Shown: positions 38,390 to 47,172 of the stretch, in pieces
Numbering within the stretch: position 1 is the stretch's first letter
Layout: each line of letters begins with the position of its first letter
IMG/VR virus record: IMGVR_UViG_3300025445_000001
Coordinates: 1-59,643 of that record
Direction: 5' to 3' (one strand)
Length of the DNA stretch: 59,643 nt
Source of the DNA: a virus
Taxonomy: Duplodnaviria > Caudoviricetes
The notes under the pieces: generated by a model
Told to the model about the DNA's origin: nothing
What the model saw: only the letters and a program-made list of their open reading frames with translations
Database searches by the model: none
Position numbers and translations under genes: made by a program

Positions 38390-38739
38390 CCGATGCTCCC
38401 GTCTGCCAGCTTGCCGGGCGCCGGGCCATCTTCCTTCGCGGCGGCCTTGGCCTTTTCCACCGCATCCATGTTCGCGCGCGCCCGGGCCTTGGCCTTGTCG
38501 TTCAGTAGCTTGGCCGGGACAAACACCGATCCGCGAAACTGGATACCGTTGCCAAGCGCGATAACCAAAGGCTGATAAGCCTTTTCCGCGCCAGCCTTTA
38601 GGCGCATCTTGCCGGGCTCCGAGTCGCTCCCGGGATCAAGCTTGATATTCGCGGTAAACTCCAACACCGGGCGGCTCTCCGGAGCCCTGATCATCTTCCC
38701 GTCACTGTTGGCGAGGCCGGGCTTGTGCGTCGTCTTCAT
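38386..38739 (-). CDS. Hypothetical protein (117 aa)
   Basis: AGGAGAG RBS before ATG 38739. Confidence 0.6.
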   Translation of the reverse strand: MKTTHKPGLANSDGKMIRAPESRPVLEFTANIKLDPGSDSEPGKMRLKAGAEKAYQPLVIALGNGIQFRGSVFVPAKLLNDKAKARARANMDAVEKAKAAAKEDGPAPGKLADGSIG

Positions 38740-39175
38740 GCTCTCTCTCCTATCTGGCCCATCGGGCCGTTGCGCCGCAGGAACGCGGCATCGCCATTTG
38801 CTCACGTTTCGCGCCGCGTGTGAAGAGGCTTGCGCCAGGTTTTAGTCCGTTTTGACGTGGTTTTATCGCCCCGTTGCGGCGCATTTTGCATTTGACATTT
38901 CCGCCGCTCCGCTCCAGGCGCCGCTAAGGTTACGTTATAACATTGCATCGTCGCGGCTGCCACAAATCCGGGTCCCGTGTCAAAGGAAATCGTCATGCTC
39001 CAGGCGCATAGGTGCCATGCAGAAAATGCACTTGCGTTGCCCGGGTGATCCGTTGCAGCCCAGCGCCACGTTATCGAAAACGCCTCCAGCCCTCCAGAGG
39101 CCCTCCGGGGTGAAGGTACTCCGCGCCACTGCACACCCCTGCAAGGCCTCCAGGCCCTCCAAGTCCCTCATATCA

Positions 39176-39372
39176 CTAGCAATTTCCCAAGCACACTAGC
39201 AACTCTAGCAACCCTCACCCGCAACCCCTTGAAACTACTAGCAATTCCACCGGGGTGAAGGTTGTGAAGGTTCCCTTGCCGCATCTCCCCTTACTCTCTT
39301 CCTTTCCTGAGAAAGAAAAACAACCTTCACAACCCTCACAACCCTCACCCTCCCTTTGAAATCAACCACTTA
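39176..39372. repeat. Iteron-like array 2 with CTAGCAA repeats and an IHF site
   Basis: GGGGTGAAGGTTGTGAAGGTT at 39252-39272; three AACC(C/T)TCAC units at 39322-39348; AATCAACCACTTA at 39360-39372; four CTAGCAA at 39176-39244. Confidence 0.85.
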
Positions 39373-39406
39373 CGGGTGAGCACCTGCTCCCCATCCCCCT
39401 CACCCA

Positions 39407-39422
39407 TGCAATCTTCGTGCCA
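39407..39422 (-). promoter_or_regulatory. Sigma-54 (-24/-12) consensus
   Basis: TGGCACG-AAGA-TTGCA on the minus strand. Confidence 0.55.
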
Positions 39423-39437
39423 GCCCGCCCCGCGCCC

Positions 39438-39491
39438 GGCGCATGGCCGCCATGCAATTTTGGCGCTGGCGCCCGGCCCGGCCGCGTGCCA
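39438..39491 (+). promoter_or_regulatory. Palindromic operator plus putative early promoter, copy A
   Basis: GCATGGCcGCCATGC, with CGTGCCA starting 30 nt after its last base; same layout at 41552-41605. Confidence 0.55.
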
Positions 39492-39547
39492 CCCTCCCGA
39501 CCCTACCAACCGCCTCCGTTCCTGGAGGCCCTTCACAGGAGCTAGCA

Positions 39548-39781
39548 ATGAGGCCACTCTGCGATATCGCTGAGGAAATCCAGCGCGACTGGAAATCCCC
39601 ATACTTCGGTGCGGTGCCCTACCTCAGGGCCATGCACTCCCTCATCGACCACACCTCGCGCTACGGCTACGACGATGCCTCCAGCATCATCCGCTACTTC
39701 CTCTCCAATGCAGCCTCCTGGAAGGGCGATACCGCCAAGAGGTGCAAGGCTGAACTCCGTACCTTCCTCAAGGGAGCCTGA
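39548..39781 (+). CDS. Early hypothetical protein (77 aa)
   Basis: AGGAG RBS; YFGAVPYL.AM...YFLSNA..W.G. Confidence 0.75.
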   Translation: MRPLCDIAEEIQRDWKSPYFGAVPYLRAMHSLIDHTSRYGYDDASSIIRYFLSNAASWKGDTAKRCKAELRTFLKGA

Positions 39782-39782
39782 C

Positions 39783-40094
39783 ATGGACAAGCTCATCCGT
39801 GACGGCAAGGTGGCCGTCCTCATCAGCCCCGGTTTCGGTGCCGGGTGGTACACCGCAAACCCGGAGTACCCCAGCATCCTCTGGGATCCCACCATCGTCA
39901 AGATGTTGGAAGAGGGTCGGCACTTCACCGACCTGACGAAGTACGTAGAAACCCGGTACCCCGGGGTCTACCGGGGAGGCCTCATCAACCTGATGGTCTG
40001 GTGGGTCCCCGAGGGAACCCGGTTCCGGGTCGCCGAGTACGACGGCAGCGAGAGCGTCGTGCTCTACGACGAGGAAAACTGGCACGTTGCCTAG
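39783..40094 (+). CDS. Conserved phage hypothetical protein
   Basis: KVAVLISPGFGAGW...FRVAEYDGSE; GGAG RBS. Confidence 0.75.
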   Translation: MDKLIRDGKVAVLISPGFGAGWYTANPEYPSILWDPTIVKMLEEGRHFTDLTKYVETRYPGVYRGGLINLMVWWVPEGTRFRVAEYDGSESVVLYDEENWHVA

Positions 40095-40164
40095 GGTAGC
40101 TGCGGTTTCACCTCTGAAGTGTACGCCCCATCCGCAACGTCTCCCAAGCAGTGAGGAGCCTGAC

Positions 40165-40560
40165 ATGACCCCTCGTGAACTCCGCCAAGCCGTCATTGAC
40201 CACGTTGTGCCGCGCATGCTGGCACAGGGAAAGCCCTCCATGGAGGGTTCCGTGTGCCTCTATCGCAGCGGCACCCACAACCAGCCCCTCTGCTGCGCCG
40301 TGGGCTTCCTCATCGACGAGGACAACTACAGCAGAGAGATGGAGAACAACAGCCCTAAGATCGTGGGCCAGATGGTGCCCACCTCCAATCCCACGTGGCA
40401 GGCGGCCTTCCGTGAGGAATCCGACTTCCTCAAGGAACTCCAGGACTGCCACGACAACGCAGCCGTGGATAGTAGGTTTGAAGGAACCTCGTTCAACGAC
40501 GAGTTCCGCAAGCGCGTCCAGCGCCTCGCCCATTCCTACACCCTCTCGTGGAGCTACTGA
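40165..40560 (+). CDS. Early protein, CxYR/CAVG/HD family, paralog 1
   Basis: CLYR...CAVGFLI...LQDCHD; GAGGAG RBS. Confidence 0.75.
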   Translation: MTPRELRQAVIDHVVPRMLAQGKPSMEGSVCLYRSGTHNQPLCCAVGFLIDEDNYSREMENNSPKIVGQMVPTSNPTWQAAFREESDFLKELQDCHDNAAVDSRFEGTSFNDEFRKRVQRLAHSYTLSWSY

Positions 40561-40561
40561 C

Positions 40562-40951
40562 ATGCGCCAATCCGTCTTCAACCACGTAGTCAAGGGCTTG
40601 CTCTCTCAAGCCCACCCATCCGCCGAGATGCGCCACGGACGCCTCGGGTGCCTCTACCGTGGCGGAGCGGAAATCCGCTGCGCCGTGGGCTGGATGATCC
40701 CCGATTCCCTCTACTCCCGAGGCATGGAAGACCTTGGGAGCAACGAACTCTTGGAAAACTACCCGGCCCTCCGGGAGTCTCCCATGATCTCCCAGTTCAC
40801 TCCCCAAGAACTGGAACTCCTCCAGCAGTACCACGACGATGCTGCCCACAAGTTCAGCCGGGAGGGCAACCTCGCCAGCGACTGGCAACGCTTCATTCGG
40901 GAAGCCCTCGCCAACTTCGCCAACGACGCCAACCTCATCATGGAGGTCTGA
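40562..40951 (+). CDS. Early protein, CxYR/CAVG/HD family, paralog 2
   Basis: CLYRG...CAVGWMIPD...LQQYHD. Confidence 0.75.
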   Translation: MRQSVFNHVVKGLLSQAHPSAEMRHGRLGCLYRGGAEIRCAVGWMIPDSLYSRGMEDLGSNELLENYPALRESPMISQFTPQELELLQQYHDDAAHKFSREGNLASDWQRFIREALANFANDANLIMEV

Positions 40952-40952
40952 C

Positions 40953-41339
40953 ATGACCCTTCAAGAGTCCTTCACCTTCCTCTGCCGCCACCTCATCGCG
41001 GCATCCCATCCCTCCATGCACCTACTGGAGGGATCCTCCCCCCTCTGCCAGTACCGTGGAAAGGATGGCGTCAAGTGCGCCGTGGGATGGCTCATCCCCG
41101 ATGACCTCTATGACTCCGGCATGGAGGCCAAGGTAGTGACGCGCCTCGTCAAGCTCTACCCCGACCTCCTCGACATCCCCTCTCTGCGTCCTTGGTCCCT
41201 CGACATGCTCGAACTCCTCCAGAACTACCACGATGATGCTGCCCTTTCGTGGGATCCGGAAGAACGCTCGTGGGGAGAGGAGGCTCGCCTCTTCCTCACG
41301 GACTTCGCAGATTTCAGCGGCCTCATCATGGAGGTCTGA
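40953..41339 (+). CDS. Early protein, CxYR/CAVG/HD family, paralog 3
   Basis: CQYRG...CAVGWLIPD...LQNYHD. Confidence 0.75.
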   Translation: MTLQESFTFLCRHLIAASHPSMHLLEGSSPLCQYRGKDGVKCAVGWLIPDDLYDSGMEAKVVTRLVKLYPDLLDIPSLRPWSLDMLELLQNYHDDAALSWDPEERSWGEEARLFLTDFADFSGLIMEV

Positions 41340-41340
41340 G

Positions 41341-41550
41341 ATGTTCACCATCGAAACCCGCTCCCTCAGCGGCTGGGAACCCTTGGAGGGCAGCTACGAC
41401 CTGCTCTCCCAGGCCCTCGACGAACTCTGGGAGATCCTCATCGAGGAACGCCTGGCATACAAGGACGGCTACAAATCCGACTACACCACCTGGGAGGACT
41501 ACCGCATCATGCAGGGTGATGAACCCATCATCTCCTTCGAACCCAAGTGA
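41341..41550 (+). CDS. Small acidic hypothetical protein
   Basis: GGAGG RBS; codon bias like neighbours. Confidence 0.65.
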   Translation: MFTIETRSLSGWEPLEGSYDLLSQALDELWEILIEERLAYKDGYKSDYTTWEDYRIMQGDEPIISFEPK

Positions 41551-41551
41551 C

Positions 41552-41605
41552 GGCGCATGGCTGCCATGCAAACTTTGCATGACTCGCCGCGCCCCGTCCG
41601 TGCCA
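41552..41605 (+). promoter_or_regulatory. Palindromic operator plus putative early promoter, copy B
   Basis: GCATGGCtGCCATGC-N7-GCAT, with CGTGCCA at the same spacing as copy A. Confidence 0.55.
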
Positions 41606-41644
41606 TGCTCCGCCCCGTTCTTCCCTCCATTCCGGAGATAACCC

Positions 41645-42364
41645 ATGCAGAACCGTATCTACTCTATAGACAACGCCAAGGCCTCCAAGGCCCAGGCCCA
41701 CGGGTGGCTTAACGCCATCCACTACATGGCACCCCACACCCTAGGTGGTGCGGGCAACCTCTGCCCATACAGCACCCCGGCCTGCCGGGAAGTGTGCCTC
41801 GGCTGGTACTCCGGCCACGCCGCCATGGTGAAGGGGGACGGCCTCAATAGCGTCCGCCAGTCCCGCATCGACAAGGCCCGTCGCTTCATGCAGGACCGCC
41901 CGGCCTACCTCCGGGACATGGTCAAGGCCACCGAGTCCCTCCTCTGCAAGGCTCTCTCCCTCCAGCTCCAGCCCTGTGCCCGTCCCGATGGCAGCACCGA
42001 CATCGGCTGGGAGCGTATCCCCGTGGTGCGCAACGGCATCACCTATCCCAACATCATGAGTGCCTTTCCCGAGATCCAGTTCACCGACTACACCAAGAAC
42101 CCCCACCGCATGCAGCGTACCCTTCCCCCGAACTACCACCTCACCTTCAGCGCATCCGAGTCCAACCTGGCGCAGTGCCGCCAGTTCCTCCGTGCTGGCA
42201 AGAACGTGGCCATGGTCTTCCACTCCATGCCCACCACGTGGGAGGGTTTCCCCGTCATCGACGGTGACCTCCACGATCTCCGGCACCTTGATCCCAAGGG
42301 AGTGGTCGTTGGCCTCACTCCCAAGGGCCGCAAGGCCAAGGCCAACAACACCTTCGTCCGCTAA
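41645..42364 (+). CDS. Gp88-like protein (putative Fe-S, radical-SAM-like)
   Basis: LCP.....C...CL Cys triad; DI.WE, F.DYTK, NYHLTFS.SE, DGD.HDLR.LD. Confidence 0.7.
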   Translation: MQNRIYSIDNAKASKAQAHGWLNAIHYMAPHTLGGAGNLCPYSTPACREVCLGWYSGHAAMVKGDGLNSVRQSRIDKARRFMQDRPAYLRDMVKATESLLCKALSLQLQPCARPDGSTDIGWERIPVVRNGITYPNIMSAFPEIQFTDYTKNPHRMQRTLPPNYHLTFSASESNLAQCRQFLRAGKNVAMVFHSMPTTWEGFPVIDGDLHDLRHLDPKGVVVGLTPKGRKAKANNTFVR

Positions 42365-42375
42365 GGAGTTCCCCC

Positions 42376-42594
42376 ATGTTCAAGCTAACGTCCAACGTCC
42401 CTGTCCCCGCCATTGCCAAGGGTCGTCCCTGCAAGTATCCCTTCAACACCATGAAGGTGGGGCAATCCTTCCTGGTTCGCCTGTCCTTGAAGCCCACCAT
42501 GAGGGCCCTCGTCTCCTACCACAAGCGCCGAGGCAGGGGCGAGTTCACCTATCGCACCACCCCGGAAGGCATCCGCGTCTGGAGGATCGCATGA
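42376..42594 (+). CDS. Small putative DNA-binding protein (YPF..M.VG.SF...GIRVWRI family)
   Basis: Paralog of 49989-50231; AAGGAG RBS. Confidence 0.7.
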   Translation: MFKLTSNVPVPAIAKGRPCKYPFNTMKVGQSFLVRLSLKPTMRALVSYHKRRGRGEFTYRTTPEGIRVWRIA

Positions 42595-42803
42595 GCCTCT
42601 CACTCCAGCTCTACCACCCCGAGGTGCGTCTCCACGAACACCGCCAACCCTACGGTTCCCTTACCGTCTCCGGCTACGGCAAGACACCCGAGGCAGCCCG
42701 TGAGGCGTGGCAGGTGGAGTGTGCCCTCCTCTCAGTGGAGGGTCCCCTCTATCAGCGAACCGAGGAAGAACGTGCAGCTCTCGACCATAGGGGACGCCCA
42801 TGA
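42591..42803 (+). CDS. Hypothetical protein (70 aa)
   Basis: ATGA overlaps at both ends. Confidence 0.6.
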   Translation: MSLSLQLYHPEVRLHEHRQPYGSLTVSGYGKTPEAAREAWQVECALLSVEGPLYQRTEEERAALDHRGRP

Positions 42804-43087
42804 TCTACATCGTCAACACGCCCAGCAACACGGTGCGCCCGGCCCTCGTCCTCTCCCAGCGCCTGGCTCTGCCCATCTACGACGAACCGTGGGGCACCAG
42901 CATTCCCATCACCAACCTGGAACCCACGGGCCTCGACCGTCAGAGCTTCATCGTCTTGTCCCAGACGTGGCACACCTTCCGCAAGAAGCGCCACATCGGA
43001 ACCCTCGACGTGGAGGATCGACACCGACTGCGTCGTGCAGTGAACACCTACAAGCCTGCCCTGCGGAGCGAGATGGACACCCTGTGA
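42800..43087 (+). CDS. Hypothetical protein (95 aa)
   Basis: Coupled ORF with genome-typical codons. Confidence 0.6.
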   Translation: MIYIVNTPSNTVRPALVLSQRLALPIYDEPWGTSIPITNLEPTGLDRQSFIVLSQTWHTFRKKRHIGTLDVEDRHRLRRAVNTYKPALRSEMDTL

Positions 43088-43144
43088 ACGTCCTCGCCGT
43101 TGCAGTTCTCGTCATCCTGTTCTTTCTCATTATGAGGTAACCCA

Positions 43145-44953
43145 ATGCAGATCAACATCTCCCAGATCCACGAGTCCGCTGGCCTCACCAAGGTCTGCGA
43201 CTTCACCATCGAGAGCAACGCGGTGATGATCCGCGCCCTCACCTCTCGCCTCTACTCCAACCCCGTTGCCAGCATCCTTCGCGAGCTGGCATCCAACGCA
43301 CTCGACGCCTGCAGCACCAAGCCCATGGTACTGCACATGCCGAGTCCCCTCGCTGCCAAGTTCGTGATCCGTGACTACGGTCCCGGCCTCTCCCCCTCCG
43401 ACATGGTCAACATCTTCACCCGCTTCGGCAACTCCACCAAGCGCAACACCAACTCCCAGATCGGTGGCTTCGGCCTCGGTGCCAAGTCCCCCTTCGCCGT
43501 CTCCAACAGCTTCACCATCCGCAGTTTCCACAACGGTGTATGCAGCACCTACATCGCCAGCATCGGCAGCGATGGCATGCCCGGCCTCCATCTCACGGAC
43601 AGCAAGCCCTCCGACGAGACCGGACTCGAGATCTCCGTGCCCAGCACCAACTACAACGCCTGGCAGGAAGCCCTCTCCCAGATCCAGTTCTTCGAGCCCC
43701 GCCCCATCGTCGTGGGTGGCGAACTCCCCACTCCCAAGATCGTCTTCGACCATCCCGACTTCATCCTCTTCGAGCAAGGCAAGCCCTTCATCCTCGTGGG
43801 TCCCGTGGCCTACCCCCTCGACCACAACAAGATCTCCAACCTCTACAGCTACAGCCCCATCGCACTCAAGTTCCCCATCGGTACCATCGAGGTCACCGCA
43901 TCCCGCGAGGAAGTCGTCTACACCCCGCAGCTCATCCAGCAGATCGTCTACCGCACGACGCAGGCTCGCACCACATACGAGTCCCACCTCAAGGAAATCC
44001 TTCCCACCCTCACCTCGGCAGCCTCTGTCTTCCAGCGCGTCCAAGGCATCTGGTTCGACCTCACCGTCAACTTCCGTGGGCACAACGTCAACAACGCACA
44101 TGGCGTGGCCCTCGAACCAGGCACAGACAGCAACAACCGAGGCAAGAGCGAGTACTGGATCTTCGACTCCCGCGAACGTCGCCGCGTCAAGTGGAGGCGT
44201 GATCATGGCCACGAGTACTACGCCTACTGGAAGCCCAACGACGAGGTCTACCTCATCGACAGCGACGACTGGCTGCGTCGTGTCCAGCACCACCACTCCA
44301 AGGCAGGCACCCACAAGGTCATCTGTGCCACGGAGCACAAGCCTTTGGACCTCCTCGGCATTCCCTACATTCGCACCTCCAGCATCGACATCCCCAAGAA
44401 GCGCAGGCAGCGCATCCTCTACACCTACGTGGGGAACCGTCGTGTACCCACCACCGATCGGTTCTCGCACTACCTCGTGGTGGAGGACGGCAAGATCACC
44501 ATCGGGGACAAGACTTTCGACATGTGCGCCGACCTCTACAATCAGATCAAGGACCTGTTCGATTGCGGCTTCTTTGTGATCTCCCCCACCGCCGTAGCCT
44601 TTGCCGAGAGCAAGGGTGCCACCAATCTCCTCCCCGATATTGAGTTCTATGTCCGCAGGTGGATCGCCCGCAACGAGACCCGTGTCGTGGGGTACGAATC
44701 CTACCAACGCTATGTCCGGTACGAGGTAGGCGACCAGTGCAGGGCAGCCCTGCACAAGTTGCAATTGCTCCCGCCCGCCCCCTCTGGCATGACTGTCCCC
44801 GACGTTGTCGCCGCTTTCCCCAAGTTGTGGTCCGCCTCTCCCGTGAACTGGAACAAGACCATGGACGACCTCTTCCGCAAGTACCCCATGCTGAAGTGCA
44901 TCCTGCACTCCAGGCATGACTGCACCGCAATCATCAACCTCATCACCAAGTGA
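43145..44953 (+). CDS. rIIA: RIIA-like protein (GHKL ATPase)
   Basis: LYSN....LREL.SNA.DA, IRDYGPG, STKR.TN.QIGGFGLGAKSPF; followed by rIIB. Confidence 0.85.
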   Translation: MQINISQIHESAGLTKVCDFTIESNAVMIRALTSRLYSNPVASILRELASNALDACSTKPMVLHMPSPLAAKFVIRDYGPGLSPSDMVNIFTRFGNSTKRNTNSQIGGFGLGAKSPFAVSNSFTIRSFHNGVCSTYIASIGSDGMPGLHLTDSKPSDETGLEISVPSTNYNAWQEALSQIQFFEPRPIVVGGELPTPKIVFDHPDFILFEQGKPFILVGPVAYPLDHNKISNLYSYSPIALKFPIGTIEVTASREEVVYTPQLIQQIVYRTTQARTTYESHLKEILPTLTSAASVFQRVQGIWFDLTVNFRGHNVNNAHGVALEPGTDSNNRGKSEYWIFDSRERRRVKWRRDHGHEYYAYWKPNDEVYLIDSDDWLRRVQHHHSKAGTHKVICATEHKPLDLLGIPYIRTSSIDIPKKRRQRILYTYVGNRRVPTTDRFSHYLVVEDGKITIGDKTFDMCADLYNQIKDLFDCGFFVISPTAVAFAESKGATNLLPDIEFYVRRWIARNETRVVGYESYQRYVRYEVGDQCRAALHKLQLLPPAPSGMTVPDVVAAFPKLWSASPVNWNKTMDDLFRKYPMLKCILHSRHDCTAIINLITK

Positions 44954-44964
44954 AAGGAGCTACC

Positions 44965-45699
44965 ATGTACCCTCATCTCATCACCACCAACACCGTCACC
45001 ATCATCCGCGACGGTGACACCCACACCCTCGACTCCTCCTCTCCCTCCTTCACCAAGGTCCTCGACCTGGTGCGGCAGGGTCTGTGGGACGAGGCCATCG
45101 ATGCCATGTCCCCCGCCGTCGCCATCTCCACCTACGCTGGCACCTCTCTCGTGCTGCAGGGCAACGTCATCCTGCGCAACGGCGTGGCGGTGGACCACTC
45201 CCTCGTCCCCCATATCCTCACCATGAGGGACAAGGGCTTCGACATCCAGCCCCTCATGCACTTCCTCGACAAGGTGCTGCAGAACCCCTCGATGCGCAGC
45301 CGCAACCAGCTCTGGCGTTTCGTCAGCACCAACAACATCGCCATCACCCCCGATGGCAACCTCCTCTTCTTCAAGAAGGTGAAGGACAACTACTACGACG
45401 TGCACACCGGCAGGTCCAACCAGTACACGGTGGGCTCCACCCACACGATGCCTCGTGACATGGTGGACGATGACCCCGAGCGCACCTGCAGCCAAGGCCT
45501 CCATGTCTGCAGCTACGAGTACCTCCGCAACTTCGGTGGTGCACGTACCCTCATGTGCGAGGTGAGCCCTGCCGACGTGGTCTCCGTGCCCATCGACTAC
45601 CACAACACCAAGGTGCGGGTCTCTTCCCTCCGTGTCCTCCGCGAGGTGGAGAACCCCGAGCCCCTCGACACTGGCGTCTACGACGAGTGCCCCTTCTGA
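44965..45699 (+). CDS. rIIB: RIIB-like protein
   Basis: ITPDG.L..FKKV..NY.D.HTG, CS.GLHV, V.PADVVSVP.DY...K.RV. Confidence 0.88.
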   Translation: MYPHLITTNTVTIIRDGDTHTLDSSSPSFTKVLDLVRQGLWDEAIDAMSPAVAISTYAGTSLVLQGNVILRNGVAVDHSLVPHILTMRDKGFDIQPLMHFLDKVLQNPSMRSRNQLWRFVSTNNIAITPDGNLLFFKKVKDNYYDVHTGRSNQYTVGSTHTMPRDMVDDDPERTCSQGLHVCSYEYLRNFGGARTLMCEVSPADVVSVPIDYHNTKVRVSSLRVLREVENPEPLDTGVYDECPF

Positions 45700-45749
45700 C
45701 AACCTGGTCCCCCTGCCCCGGGTGGGGGGACCTCCCTTTCAAGGAGAAC

Positions 45750-45986
45750 ATGATGGAAGATATCGAAGCCCTCGGCGTACACGTCATCCGCAACCTCCAC
45801 GAACTGTCCCGCACCATGTCCGGTGTCGATGCATTCAATTTCCGCATGGAGTTCTACACCAAGCTCATCGCATCCGACCTCGTGCTATGCGTGAAGACGG
45901 ACAAGATCGAGGATGCACTCGACCTTCTCCAGCACCGCATCACCGAGATCTACCTCGCCCTCCAGGACAAGGACACCAAGCATTGA
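45750..45986 (+). CDS. Hypothetical protein (78 aa)
   Basis: AAGGAG RBS; preceded by a GC hairpin at 45706-45732. Confidence 0.65.
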   Translation: MMEDIEALGVHVIRNLHELSRTMSGVDAFNFRMEFYTKLIASDLVLCVKTDKIEDALDLLQHRITEIYLALQDKDTKH

Positions 45987-46103
45987 GACCCTCCGAAATC
46001 TTCCGCAAGCTCGACAACATCGACACCGTCACCGACGAGGATGTCGAAGCCATCATCACCAACCTCAGGGACCTCGTGTCCAAGATCAGAAAGGCAAGAG
46101 GCG

Positions 46104-46280
46104 ATGAACCCAACCCCGTACAAGATACCGACGACGCTGGAAAAGCATCGTGAGTTCCACGAACTCGCCAACGATGCCGACTGGGCTGGCGACTTCCATA
46201 CCGCCAACCTCTTCCGCCGCATAGCCAGCGACTACCTCACCCGCCACATGAGTGGCGACCTCTTCGATCCCCCGTTCTGA
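46104..46280 (+). CDS. Hypothetical protein (58 aa)
   Basis: GAGG before ATG; codon bias. Confidence 0.5.
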   Translation: MNPTPYKIPTTLEKHREFHELANDADWAGDFHTANLFRRIASDYLTRHMSGDLFDPPF

Positions 46281-46290
46281 GGAGAACACC

Positions 46291-47172
46291 ATGCACTACA
46301 CCAACAGGAACAACATCCCCGAACCAGTGGCCTCCGCCCTCATCCCCAGCTACGACAACGGGGGTGCGGACATCTCCGTCACCTCCTTGTGGAAGCCACC
46401 GCAGATGGTCTCCCTCGTGAAGAAGCACGACGACGAGATCTACATGGACATCGACGACAACGTGGCATCCTTCATCGGCACCGCAGTGCACGAGAAGATC
46501 AAGCGGCACGATCCCTCCAACCTCAAGGAGATGCGCCTCTTCGCCAACATCGAGGGCCTCACCCTCTCCGGTGAGTTCGACCGCTACACCATGGAAGCCT
46601 CCACCATCCTCGACTACAAGGTCACCTCGGCCAAGGCATTCATGAATGCCACCCATCGTGAGGACTGGGAGAACCAGCTCAACACCTACGCCTGGCTGAT
46701 GCGGCAGCACGGCGAGGAACCCAAGGCGCTCATGGCCATCGTCTTCATCAAGGACTTCTCCAGGTTGGAGGCCAAGCGCAACCTCACCTACCCGCAGCAG
46801 CAGATCCACATGGTACCCCTCACCCTCTGGGACCATGCCACCGCAACGCAGCGCATCACCCAGCGTGTCCTCCTGCATCGCAGCAACACGGAACCCTGCA
46901 CTCCCGACGAGATGTGGATGCGTCCCGGAAAGTGGGCAGTGCGCAAGGATGGACGCAAGACTGCAATCAAGCTCTGCTCCTCCCTCAGTGAGGCCGAGTC
47001 CTTCATCTCCACCCAGTCTGACAAGGGGAAACTCTATGTCGAAGAACGTCCCGCCCTCTACCTCCGATGCGACGAATACTGCAGCGCAGCGCCTTTCTGC
47101 CCTCAGAAGGCAGCACGCCAAGCGCCAGCGGGAAATGCAGTGGTCGAAGAAGATCTACCAACAGATCTCTGA
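46291..47172 (+). CDS. PD-(D/E)xK exonuclease (RecB/Cas4-like recombination nuclease)
   Basis: GTAVH, SGEFD, LDYK, QLN.Y, C-terminal RC..YC....FC.Q. Confidence 0.8.
   Translation: MHYTNRNNIPEPVASALIPSYDNGGADISVTSLWKPPQMVSLVKKHDDEIYMDIDDNVASFIGTAVHEKIKRHDPSNLKEMRLFANIEGLTLSGEFDRYTMEASTILDYKVTSAKAFMNATHREDWENQLNTYAWLMRQHGEEPKALMAIVFIKDFSRLEAKRNLTYPQQQIHMVPLTLWDHATATQRITQRVLLHRSNTEPCTPDEMWMRPGKWAVRKDGRKTAIKLCSSLSEAESFISTQSDKGKLYVEERPALYLRCDEYCSAAPFCPQKAARQAPAGNAVVEEDLPTDL

Noticed and set aside
38740-39547. tRNA genes or protein-coding genes in the strand-switch region
   Set aside because: No cloverleaf recognised; listed ORFs lack RBS and codon bias; the region is dominated by short repeats and regulatory motifs
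46291-47172. Cas4 as part of a CRISPR system
   Set aside because: No array or other cas genes; context fits a recombination exonuclease with the ATPase and SSB-like genes
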